Positions 25,301 through 36,840 of a DNA stretch of 64,000 nucleotides are shown piece by piece; the first letter of the stretch is position 1; each line of letters begins with the position of its first letter. The notes below the pieces were generated by a model. That model worked only from the letters and a program-made list of their open reading frames with translations, was not told the origin of the DNA and did no database searches. The translations under genes and the position numbers were made by a program. Source of the DNA: Convolutriloba macropyga (taxonomy: Eukaryota). The DNA lies in NCBI RefSeq assembly GCF_964194025.1, contig NC_134482.1, forward strand, positions 18,786,001 through 18,850,000. The letters run 5' to 3'.

Positions 25301-28300
25301 TTTTTTAAATGATAGCCATATCTCCTGAAATATTGGTCCTAGAGGGGTCATTCTTTTTCACCAGAAAGCCAACTATTTTTGGGTACTCCTGTAGCATGCA
25401 GGCAAGGGGTATGGATTTTTTGGGTACCTATAAGGAAAAATTATATGACCAATTCGTCATTATGGAGAATATAGAAATCTTTCAATTTATGATAAAAATT
25501 ACTCAACTCTTTTGAATTTTGGTTTTCAGCATTATCGAATAGGTTTTGTTTGGCGAGGCAGTTGAACAGCTTTCTAGCACGGTACTTTACTGATAGTCTT
25601 TCAATTTTTTTCTTACAAATCGGTTCATGAAGGACATTCAGGGAGTCATTTCTGGCGAATTTTTTCTTATTAAAAATAAAACATTTTATTCAAAAAATTT
25701 TCTGAATGTAAGCCATGAATAGAACGAAGAACAAACTTGAGCAGCTCATAAATATGCAGTTCATACCCGGTTAGAATCTTATGCTTGACAAATATATCTT
25801 CAGAATGATCAGAGCGCCTACGAAAATAAATAAATTTAATATTTTTTTTCTGAAGTAGATATATTTTTTTCAAACTTGACGCATTTGAGCGACCGTAAAC
25901 TAATACACCATATTGAACTATTGCATTTATGTTACTTTTATAATATCTTATAAGTAATTTCCGCGGTACATAATGTCTAATCTAGTCATATTTTTCGAAG
26001 CGAACTGAAACTCCACGCCAAATTAGAACACGGTTTCCAAAAAAACTAAATTCGGTCAATTTATCTCTTTTTCTGTTTCAATCCTGATCCGCATCAAGCG
26101 CGTGTAAGGTGGCTATTTTCTGGCAATCTACCGGCTATGTTTTAAGTTTATTTTATTTAGAATCATTTTTTGATAAACTTATTAAACAGCCTTTCATTGA
26201 TTCATCTTGTGTGGAAAACTTTTCTTGGGAGGGTTTTGAATACAATACGCTGAATGTAAATGAGTTATCACATCTTCAAGAGCTCGCCTGCTAAGGCCTG
26301 CTTACTTCTGGCCAATTCCCAGGCTCAAGATCTGTACAAAATCCTGCACTATGAGTAAGAAGTCGAGTGGAAGTTCCACATTATTCGGAAACACGCGAAG
26401 AGAGTTTCGTATTAGACGAAAGCCCTCAACAAATAGAAAATTTTGCAACAATTTTAAAAGAAAAAAATTTAAATGAAAAGCACAGCGAAGCAACCAACAA
26501 AAAGGCAACACTAGCGTTAGAAAGTTGTATTCGTCTGGGCCAAGTCCCGGTAGTCGGTGATTGTTTCTCTAGCAATTAAATTTGAGGTATTTTTTTTATT
26601 TCCTCACAGTCTTTCAGTATCAATAGGAGTAGGTGAAAAAATTAATCAGCTTATCTTATTCCGCGGGGTCCTTCAAGATATCTAGGAATAGGATAAATAA
26701 GCTTCTTGTCTATTAAATTGCGCCGCAACATTCCGAAATGTCACAAAACGAAAAAAGCAGTACTGCAAAGTAACGCTGCCACCGACAAACAAATTACGAG
26801 CGTATCATGTAATACGACTGAAAAATAAAAAAATATTGTCATGGGAGCCGTTGAGTGATCCACTGGATAGAATAAGTCAGTTTGCATTTAATTTAGAAAA
26901 TGCACCAAATAATATTGCAACCGTCCAAGCTGAAATCAAAAGCCTCAGAGCACACAGTGACGATGAACAAAATGTATCTGTACAAAAACAAGCTTGCTAC
27001 GCTGAAGCCGTTAAAACTACGGTCAAGTCAAACGGAACCATGGGTAAAAGAATCCCCTGTGTTCGAGAGCTTTCAGAGGGTAGTACCAATACAAGATTGG
27101 AACACATAAATATGGTCATCGATTATCATGAAATACAGGAAGTTAAACTAACCAGGGTATTAATGCTTGGCAAAGTAGATCGATCCAAAACAACACCATA
27201 TACAATGGTCATCAACTTGGAAAATTCCTTTAGAAATACTCACTTTCAAAGAAGCGTATCAAACTTGACTATAAACCGGAAAACCAGTTAATTTTAAGTT
27301 CAGAGTTTTAATCTTGAACGTTGCTATGTCAACAAACGATGCCCTATTACGTCGGCAGCTGATTGAAACTGTTTTTAAACCCCAACTTTTTTGTATCAGA
27401 AATTTTGGAGTTAAATACGGGAAAACAGCAGCTGGTTTATCGGACAACACGGGATCGTCAATTTACTAATTCAAGTTACAATTAAGGTTCTAACGTTGTT
27501 AAATCTGAGATGCCGTACAATATTTGCGATTGCTCTGCCGACAAAGAATTGACATTATCTCTTTTTCCTTGCCTATCAAGACTAGAGAAATTATCGAAAT
27601 TCTGCAGTCATGAAAAGCAAACATGGAGGGGTGCTCAATGCAGTAGAAATGCTCTGAAACGCGAACTGCTCAATTAAAAAATGTGACGCCAGGTTTCCTA
27701 CTTCTAAAAAACGGTTCTATCTTGATTGGTTTCTCCTATAACACGACTTAAGTTTCTATCGTTGGACAGAGAACAAGATGCTTACGGTTCTTTTGGATCG
27801 TGAACAACTGAAAGCAACAAATATTTCATCTGTTATAATTACAGGTGCTATGAATTTTGCGAGGGCAGATTTGAATGTCAGCTAATGATTATGAAAATAC
27901 CATCCATGAGTTTGACTTTAACTACACAATTGTTCTCAAACTCAATTGGTTGTTTTTTTTTACAATACGGAACTAATAACTCACTCCTTCATCGACTCGT
28001 TAGTTAAAGATTACCAAATTAACCAAAAAAATCTGCGATCACCTTCCTATCCATGCTAACGTCATTTTTGAGTGCCTTGTTCCATATGTCGCCACTGACA
28101 TATATCGCCTCCAAAAAAGCAGATTAGGAATCTTTTCAGTGGTATGTTTGGTGATAACTATGCCTTTCAACCCCAACCTCTTTGACAACCTAAATTTCTT
28201 GGCTCGATGAAAAATAAAACAGAAGTTTCCAAAAAAAAATAAAGAAAGAAAGAATTTATTTCTCACGAGTACAAAATATAAATCTATTAAATATAATTTA

Positions 28301-29282
28301 TTTATAAAGAGACTCGGAGGGGACAGACAACGGGACTATGTGTCCTCAAAATCCTGCCCTTCGTAGTTGAACTTACTTGTGTAATAGTTGCTCAATAGTA
28401 AAATAGAATAAAAAATGAGAAATTAAAATTTTTTTCGAATTTTTTTTCATGAGTTTTCTGTTCTTTTAATGGAAAATCAACCAAGAGCTTAACCATGGAT
28501 GACTATTAACAGCTACGGTTGTAGACGAGCCTTAATTGAGGTTACAAGAATTTTTTTTTGAAAGTTCAGAATTTTTCAATTTGCAACAGAATCGCAATTT
28601 TTTTTAAATGATAGCCATATCTCCTGAAATATTGGTCCTAGAGGGGTCATTCTTTTTCACCAGAAAGCCAACTATTTTTGGGTACTCCTGTAGCATGCAG
28701 GCAAGGTTATGGATTTTTTGGGTACCTATAAGGAAAAAATATATTTGACCAATTCGTCATTATTGAGAATATAGAAATCTTTCAATTTATGATAAAAATT
28801 ACTCAACTTTTTTGAATTTTGGTTTTCAACATTATCTAAAAGGTTTTGTTTGGCGAGGCAGTTGAACAGCTTTTTAGCACGGTACTTTACTGATAGTCTT
28901 TCAATTTTTTTCTTACAAATCGGTTCATGAAGGACATTCAGGGAGTCATTTCTGGTGAATTTTTTCTTATTAAAACAAAACATTTTATTCAAAAAATTTT
29001 CTGAATGTAAGCCATGAATAGAACGAAGAACAAACTTGAGCAGCTCATAAATATGCAGTTCATACCCGGTTAGAATCTTATGCTTGACAAATATATCTTC
29101 AGAATGATCAGAGCGCCTACGAAAATAAATAAATTTAATATTTTTTTTCTGAAGTAGATATATTTTTTTCGAACTTGACGCATTTGAGCAACCGTAAACT
29201 AATACACCATATTGAACTATTGCATTTATGTTACTTTTATAATATCTTATAAGTAATTTCCGCGGTACATAATGTCTAATCT
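19334..29282. repeat. Tandem triplication of a ~3.3-kb block (19334-22640, 22641-25985, 25986-29282)
   Basis: Identical ORFs at 19457, 22764 and 26109 (offsets 3307 and 3345). Both junctions read 'atgtctaatctagtcatattttt'. Confidence 0.95.
19457..21400 (+). mobile_element. Degenerate LINE 5' part (ORF1-like plus APE-like remnant), repeated in each triplication unit
   Basis: The 151-aa ORF at 20183-20638 has a coiled-coil stretch, 'YAEAVK' and 'RVLMLGK...PYTIVINL', like LINE ORF1. A degenerate SL-like motif lies at 19505-19537. The head sequence recurs at ~49583. Confidence 0.55.
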
Positions 29283-31575
29283 TCGAAATAATCCCACACT
29301 GTTTTCCTAGTCTCTTTTTCACATAATCTATATGAGCAAGAAAAGATAGTTTGGAATCTAATCTTAAACCAAGATACTTACATACTTGTTTAAGAGAAAC
29401 TGGACAATTATTTATAGTAAATGATGGAAAGGAAGCACTCATGTTTATATTCATTTGTACAGTTTTTTCTATGTTAAGAGATAACTTGTTTGATTCAAGC
29501 CAACAACTTATCTCTTTCAGATCTGATTCTATTTGAGTCCTATTACATCCTATTGAGGATATATTTGTGTCATCGGCAAAAAGAATTATATCAGTATGTT
29601 TGCTACACTCAGGTAAGTCATGAATATATATTTTGAACAACAAAGGTCCAAGTATTGATCCCTGTGGAACTCCACAGTTCACTTTTCTCCAATTCGATAA
29701 ATGACCATTTATTTCAACCTTTTGTTATCTGTTTGCGAGGTATGATTGAAACCACTTCAAACAATTGCCACGAATACCATATCTTTCTAATTTCCAGAGC
29801 AAAATTTGATGATCTATTGTATCGAATGCCTTTTTGAGGTCAAGGAAGAAACTTAAAACTGGCAGATCATTGCAATTTCTAATTTTTTCAATAAATTCTA
29901 CGAGGGCATCAATTGTACTTTGTTTAAGTCGAAAGCCAAATTGTTTGCATGAGAATAGCAAATGCTTTTCAAAAAATGGTATACTCTGTTGTACATAACT
30001 CGCTCAAAAATTTTGCTCCAGATACTCAACAAAGATATAGGTCGATAATTGTTTTCATCAGTTTTATCACCCTCTTTATGAAGTGGAATAACTTTAGCTT
30101 CAGCGAGAATCTTTGGAAACACACCTTCCCTAAATAACATGTTAATTAGTTCACAGAGAAATGGAGCGATAATATCCGAACTGATCTTTATCAAGATGTT
30201 ACTCAAATTATCTAGACCAGATTATGATTTACTATCAAGTTCATTCATGATGCTTAGGATTTCCTCATCGGAAGTTTTATATAAGAACATGGATTTATTA
30301 TTACACGTGATTGATCTCAATGGTGCATCTGGTATTTTCGAGGCAATCTTCTTACTAATATCTGCAAAATAGTCATTAAAAGAGTTAGCAATCTCATCAT
30401 TTGTCACGTTTAAACTAGTACTTGATTTGAGAAATGGTACATTTTTACTCACTTGATTTCTACCGGAAAGATCCTTAAGTAATTTATATGTTTGTCTTGA
30501 GTCTCCTATGCAAGATTCGAAACGATTCCCGTAAAAATCTGTTTTGGCAATTTTGACTGAATTTTCAAACTTGGTACGTAATCTCTCGAAGTTATTTAAA
30601 TGACTGATGTTTCTTGTGCTTTTCCATTTACGATGAGCCTTGTTTTTATATGTTCTTAGATTTTTAATCTCATTGGACACCCATTTTGGATTCTTATATG
30701 ACTCATTATTGAACGTTCTGAAAGGAGCGAATTCATCGGTTATCTGAAGGAAAAACTTTTGAAATTGATTAAAAGCTGCATCAGCATTAACCGCATTCAG
30801 TATTGTTGTCTTATAGGCATGCATAAAATTTTTCAATTCCGATTTATATCGACATATCTCTCTTACATTTTTTAGGAAAGACGTATCACGGTATTTGAAT
30901 GTTGGACTAACATCGCAACATTTTCGCCATTTAATTAAGACTGGATAATGATCTGAGAAACTTTGATGATCAAGTACAAGGCCTTCGGGTGATGTCATAT
31001 TTTGGTGGACTATATGATCTATGCAAGTTTTGGATGAACTTGTAACTCTGATTGGGGCGGGTTCAAATAAATCAAATCCAGTTGAAACTATTGTGTTTTT
31101 GTAATTTTTTACTAGTTGATTTTCTTTGAAAATATCGAGGTTCAAATCACCACACATTATAAATGGAACTTTTGTTGATGAAAAGTTTTCCATTGATATA
31201 TCCATTTTCTCAATGAATTCGGTTTTGTTGTTCCTAGGCGGATTATATATAACTAGTACTCTAAACATGTTATCACCCTTACATACATCAGCCATTAGTG
31301 CTTCATCCAAATTAGTACTTATTTCTTTCATCAAGGTGTAATCATTTTTCACTTGAATCATTACATCACCACCTTTAGAGATACGGGTTTTAGCTATTAA
31401 TTGATTATAGCCATGAACTAAGTGACATTTCGGATCATCATTTTCTGTTAACCAAGTTTTGCTTAGACATAAAACAGAAGGAGGAGACTCAAGACCAGGT
31501 ATAAGTGCTTCCAAATTGTCCAGGTTCTTTTTTATGGAACGTACATTGATATGCATAATAGTTACTTGATTAAGT
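28726..31575 (-). pseudogene. LINE ORF2 (APE endonuclease plus reverse transcriptase), disrupted
   Basis: Consecutive ORF pieces 30222-31643, 29898-30206, 29725-29961 and 28726-29682 together give the canonical domain order. Confidence 0.9.
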
Positions 31576-32596
31576 TCCTTTTTTGGCATTCCAAAACTTA
31601 GTATTTTTATCAGTTGCATTTTTTCCTGACTCAGTATCAACATTATCAGTAACTTTTTCCTTGGTAACTTCCTTCAAAGCCAGCACTAGCGCGGGAACAA
31701 GATTTTTCACAATATCATTTACCAAGTTGGGATGGTCATAAGGCGTTTCATCTTTCTCCATTGATGGGGATAGCTGCATTCTTTTTCGTTTCACACTTTG
31801 AGTAACAGTGCTCATGGGTTTTCGGGTCAAATTAGGCATTTGCATGGGCGTATTGATACATTTACCAATTTCAAATACCGGTTTGGGTGGTGTAGACTTC
31901 TTAGAAAGACCCGGGGCAACAAAATCACGGAGTTCATTAGTTGATTTAACTTGAGCAGCATCAGCATTGGGCAGATTCTGGTTGTAGGCATAGACATCTT
32001 GTTTCCTAGTAAAAGTTAGAAGGCCCATTTGTTTTGCTTCAGTTCTACTTCCCGGTCCCGCGGAGCTAGATATTCTTCAATTTGTACGGGTCGTCCTAAT
32101 GAATTGCTCATGCCCTTGAGCCAGGTTCTTCTTCGCCATATTAAATCACGGTCCTGGTGATATATAAACTTCACGATTATAGGGGCGTTCGGGCTTTGGT
32201 TTAATGGGTGACACGCTGCTAGGCTGGTGGGGTTGAAATTTAGTTGCAAAATCTGTTTGAAGAGAAACATAATGCTTGATAGTGCGTCGCCTTTGCATTC
32301 GACTTTGTAGAAACTTAGGCACAGTTTTCTCGAGTACTTTTCAAGTTCAACAATTCGCTCATCCCGTTTGTGTATTGCATTTAAGTTGATGTTCATCATA
32401 TCTTTCATGTGTCCTTGACTCTGTTTAAGCCTCCTCAGTTCACTGTCCTGCTTTATTATCATTCGCATCATTTTTCGCATAAGATCTTTCATCGTCGAAC
32501 CCACATCATCGTCATCATCTAGTTTTTCAACTTCGTCCGCAATAGAGTCAACGTCAACTTAAAGCATTCTTCAAGATCATCAAATTCCATGTTCAT
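31570..32596 (-). pseudogene. LINE ORF1 (coiled coil plus L1-type RRM), frameshifted
   Basis: Reads 'ERIVELEKYSRKLCLSF...ACHPL...PIIVKFI..QDRD'. The ATG at 32596 is 3 nt after SL-like copy B. Confidence 0.8.
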
Positions 32597-32599
32597 TCT

Positions 32600-32631
32600 C
32601 TATTTTAATAAGTTTATCACAACAATTGGGC
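32600..32631 (-). other. SL-like motif copy B (GCCCAATTGTTGTGATAAACTTATTAAAATAG)
   Basis: Internal to the LINE and directly before the ORF1 ATG. Confidence 0.75.
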
Positions 32632-32781
32632 TAATAATCCAATTACTGACAACGGGGAACCTCAAGGTAGCCTTTTGCGATCAGCACTGTGAGGGGGGAA
32701 TGTAAGAGACCTCAATCTTAACCTCTTCCAGCGGAACCTCAAGGTAGCCTAATCTGGAAGAACAAAAAGACTAAGAGTAAC

Positions 32782-33430
32782 TTACTTTACCAGGTACTGC
32801 AGATACACCGACAGTCCTTTGCTGTACTTCTTGTATAACACCTTCTCCTTGATGAGATTGCGCAGATTGTTTAGACCGTCTTCGTTTAAGTGAATGAGGT
32901 CCTTTTTGCTGAAGTACCGTGCACCTGTTAAGTATTGTTTGACGGACCTGTAGTTCCACTCTACTTTACAGGGCTTTTTGGGTTTGCGTTCAGCTACGTA
33001 CTGTAAGAGGTCGTTGACGGCTTTCGTTCTTGTTTTGTTTTCGTCACGTTCTGGCACTCCCAGCACGAAGACAGAGGGTGCTCGGTTGCAAAGGAAGTTT
33101 GCGAGCTCAACAATATCGTCTGCTGCTTTTCTGGCAGAAGTAAGGGAGAGTTCAGTGAAATTGTAAAGGTCATCACCTCCAATGAAATGAATTATGATGT
33201 CAAACAGACCAGCTGGGGGGACGTAGTCGTAGGCGTGTCTGACAGGCACCTGGTAGGGAGACAATATTGAGGTTGCCTGCGTCCAGGTAGCGTGCCTGAG
33301 AGTGCAAGAAGGAAGTACTTCGTCGATGATGTTCTGGTGACGTGATATCTGGACTTCTTCCTCTCTGACATTCAGGACCTTTTCTCTAAAATCCTCCAAC
33401 GGGAGGCCTTCCACAAAAGGTCGCAAGCAT
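32782..33430 (-). pseudogene. Stand-alone SGNH/GDSL esterase-like ORF of the LINE
   Basis: Contains 'FIGGDDL' (block III) and 'DLIHLNEDG' (block V DxxH). An alternative frame near 33300 gives 'YFLLA-SQARYL...IVSLPG' (blocks I/II). Confidence 0.7.
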
Positions 33431-33437
33431 TACAAAT

Positions 33438-33468
33438 CTATTTAATAAGTTTTTCACAACAATTAGGC
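33438..33468 (-). other. SL-like motif copy C (GCCTAATTGTTGTGAAAAACTTATTAAATAG)
   Basis: 30/31 match to the consensus. An ATG follows 7 nt downstream, and two partial copies lie upstream at 33469-33501. Confidence 0.8.
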
Positions 33469-33739
33469 TTTCACAACAAATCATCATTATCACAACAAAT
33501 CACGGTGCAACGTGCAGCACTTCATCGTGGATCTCATCACTTCTATAAAGCGTCAAACATAATAAAGTGCCTTAAAAAGAGATCAACAGGAAGGTTATTT
33601 TTGCATTGTTCAAAAAAGTGGAAAAGACTTGAAACGAAATTCAAGGATCCAGTGATATGGAAGTTTGCAGTTATTGAAAATTGATGTTTCTGTAAAATTC
33701 GAAAATCCACCCCTACAAAAATCATTGACCTGAAATCGT

Positions 33740-35140
33740 TTGGTACCAAAATGTTGAGATCGAATTTATTTGTGTAGTTTTTTTGTAAATGTTGCTTATT
33801 GCTAATCCTTACCGCGAAATGCTGTTCTTAAGTGAAGAAAAAGAATGAAAAGTTAATGCTAGGAAGAATGAAAGCTTGATTTTTGTTGCTGTGTATTTAT
33901 CTATCTTTTGTTCTCCCTTGAAGTAAATTTGTTTTTTCTTTCTCTATTTAAAAACAGAATTTCGCGGTAAGGAATAATAAACACCCATTTCATACAAAAA
34001 AACTTCACAAGTAAACTCGAGCTCAACGTGGAGGGATGTTGACATTTTGGTTGCAAATGATTTCGAGTGATTGCGCAGGCTAGAGTTTCAATCATTTAAG
34101 TTTTTTGTATGTTTTATACAGAACCAGCAAATACCACTCAACAAATACTAAAACTACCAACCACATCAGTTCCTATCGTTAAGTTTTATTTGAATTCAGC
34201 ATTAATTGTTTTGGTTGATTTTGATTTCGTCAAATGGTTGGTTTTTACTGTCAGTTGTATAATTTAGTTCCTTATCCAAGTTTTCGTTTCCTTGTTTAAA
34301 GATGCAGTATTGTTTTATGTTAATTGTTGCTTATCAAGTACACCACAGAAGATCTATTAATCTCTGAGAACATCTCGTCACAGTTTGTTTGTTGATTAAC
34401 TGTCCGCCAATCAGAAAATGCTAAATTTCACTGCTGAATTTTTTTGGCTGGTTTTGCGATTACAAATGTTCCACGTGGTTGGTACTTGAGGTCAATTTTG
34501 GTATGATGGGCAATGTTTATGAGCGAGCTCTAGCTTAGGCAGACACAAATTTCATTTCGATGCCCATTTTTTAAAAGTGAACGATTTTGACTGATGTGGT
34601 TGGGAGTTTTATTATTTGTTGAGTTATGTGTTTGTTTTGTATAAAAGTTGCAACCTGCATTCAAAAAACTTTTAAATGTTGGGAACTCTAGCCTGCGCAA
34701 TGACTCGGAATTATTTGGACCCAGAATGTCAAAACGCCCAACACGCTGAGTTTGAGTTTATTTAAGTAGTTCTTTTTTGTAAATCGTGTTTTTTACTATT
34801 CTTAACCGCGGAATTCTAGTTTTAAGAAATGAAAGAATTTGTTTCTAGGAAGAACGAAAAAAAAGAGCGAAAGAGTCTTCGTTCTTCCTTTTTTTACTTA
34901 AAAACAGAATTTCGCGGTAAGGATTAATGATAGGCTCCCATTTCATACAAAAACAACTACACAACAAACTCGCGCCGAGCGGGGAGGGGTGTTAACATTT
35001 TGGTTCCAAATAATTTCAAGTCATTGCGCTGGCTAGAGTTTAAAACATTTGAGATTTTTTTAATGTAGGTTGAAACTTTTATACAAAACCAGCAAATATT
35101 ACTCAACAGATACTAAAACTCCTAAACACATCAGTTCCAA
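33740..35140. repeat. Alternating-orientation (fold-back) repeat cluster
   Basis: 'aaaaacagaatttcgcggtaagga...gcgc.ggctagagtt' occurs at ~33950 and ~34900. Inverted copies occur at ~34600-34825 and, partially, at ~33780-33830. Confidence 0.75.
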
Positions 35141-35149
35141 TCGTCCAGT

Positions 35150-35408
35150 TTTATGTAAAAAGATGTGGATTAAACGAACGAAAACAAACTTAAGTAGTTC
35201 GCAAAGATGTAATTCGAAGACATTGAGCACATTTCGTTTTTGGAAAGAGTCAAACCAAAGCTTCTTCCTGAAGTGGTGTTCCGTTTGCATTTGCAGTATG
35301 CGAAGCAGCGTTGAGGAAGAGAAACAGTCGTAAATCAAGACAGTTTGATAGATTTGCTATTAGAGTTATAATTGAGAATGAATGCCTTTTGTTACACAAT
35401 GACGTAGA

Positions 35409-35409
<1 letters not shown>
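35150..35409 (-). mobile_element. 3' RT fragment of the older Crack-like LINE interrupted by the L2 element
   Basis: 'LRHCVTK' and 'LNVFELHLCELLKFV' parallel 'IRHYVPR' and 'YELHIYELLKFV' of the 28726-29682 RT. Confidence 0.7.

Positions 35410-35483
<74 letters not shown>
35410..35483. repeat. (TCA)n microsatellite, about 25 units; the (GAT)n 3' tail of the L2 element
   Basis: Perfect trinucleotide run about 230 nt downstream of the RT stop on the minus strand. Confidence 0.9.
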
Positions 35484-36840
35484 GTTTGTTTATACACTTC
35501 TTTCTTCAGACTCAGAAGTGTACTGTTTCGTATTAGGAGTAAAAATGTTCACGGAAAAGAAATGTTTTTAAAGCTGATTTGAACTGATCAACTCCATTCT
35601 GTTCTCTGATCCACTTGGGGAGTTTGTTCCACAAGACAGCACCTTGGTAATCAAAAGCATCTCGTCCAAGTTTTGAAGACCTTTTGAGTACAACCAATAC
35701 CACTCCATTTCAGGAAGTTTTTGCTCGTTTTTCAAACACGTCTAAATAGTCTGGAATCAGATCTTTGTGAAAAAGGCTTTTGTAGACAAGCAGAAGTATT
35801 TTAAAACGAATTCTCATATAAATCGGCAGCCAGTGATGGTCATGAAGGTGAATTGATATAGAGCACCAAGGATGTAGCCGGTAATCAAATCTACATGCCC
35901 GATTTTGGACCTTTTGGAGAATGGACAATTTTTTCATGCCAAGTCCGTTAAGGATCGAATTGCAGTAATCTAGGCGACTCATGATTAAGCATCTAACCAG
36001 CAGTATGCGTGTTTCAAAATCAACAAAATTTCGAAGAGAGTGGAGTATTCGGAGGTAGTGAAAGCAGTTTTTGGCAACAGTTTTTACTTGCTTCTCCATG
36101 TCAAGGTGTTTTTCAATTGTAACGCCAAGGCATTTCAGGGAGTTAGATAGCTTTACTTCAACGTTTCTGACTTTTATGGAGCTGATACTTGGCGCATTCT
36201 TTACGCTTGAAATGAGAATGGCTTCTGTTTTACTTTCGTTAACCTGTAGGCCAGCATTCGCAAACCAGTATAAAACTTTTTTCATTACTTCCTGGTTTAC
36301 TTGACTTAACATTTCTTCAATTTTCGTAAGTTCATTCTTCAAAAATTCTTTTTCGGATTTCTTATCGGATGAGCAATCGTTACAGCACCACAGAAGGGTG
36401 CCTGTTTTGACAAGAGTTACATCTAGTGAGGGGTAGGCACAGGATGAATGAACTTTTTTCGAGCATACATGGCACTCCATTGAGTTTTCCGTAATTTTAC
36501 TCGAGCAAAGAACGCATTGCTCAGTGATAAAGAGAGAACAAGTGTTCTGACTCGCCTCGTCAGTTGGTGGCGTGCAGTCGGTCGAGAGGGCGTCAGTTTC
36601 CATCGTAGAGTCCACACAGACAACCACTATCACGATCGCACTCGAATGTTCTTTCCGGACCAAGGTTGTTGAGTTCTTTGCTGTATTTTTTAAAAAGGAG
36701 CTTTTCTTTGATGAGGTTTTTAATGTTATTCACTCCTTCTGAGGTCAGATGAACGAGGGCCTTTTCCTTGTGGTGATGGTTCTTCAGGTGACGAAATTGA
36801 ATGTACTTAGATAGACTGAGGAACTTGGTAGATAGACGGA

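Larger units (their letters stand above)
28726..33545 (-). mobile_element. Near full-length Crack/Daphne-like (CR1/L2 group) LINE: esterase ORF, ORF1 and APE-RT ORF2
   Basis: APE motifs 'NVRSI', 'YNPP', 'CGDLN', 'CIDH' and 'SDHYP'. RT motifs 'NYRPISLLS', '[12 protein letters not shown]', 'GVPQGSILGPLLF' and 'FADD'. Only a few frameshifts or stops. Confidence 0.9.

Noticed and set aside
35311-35571. Poly-serine ORF
   Set aside because: It is the translation of the (TCA)n LINE tail on the opposite strand.
35710-36663. 317-aa PHD protein as a host gene
   Set aside because: It is an exact chimera of two L2 segments, reported under findings.
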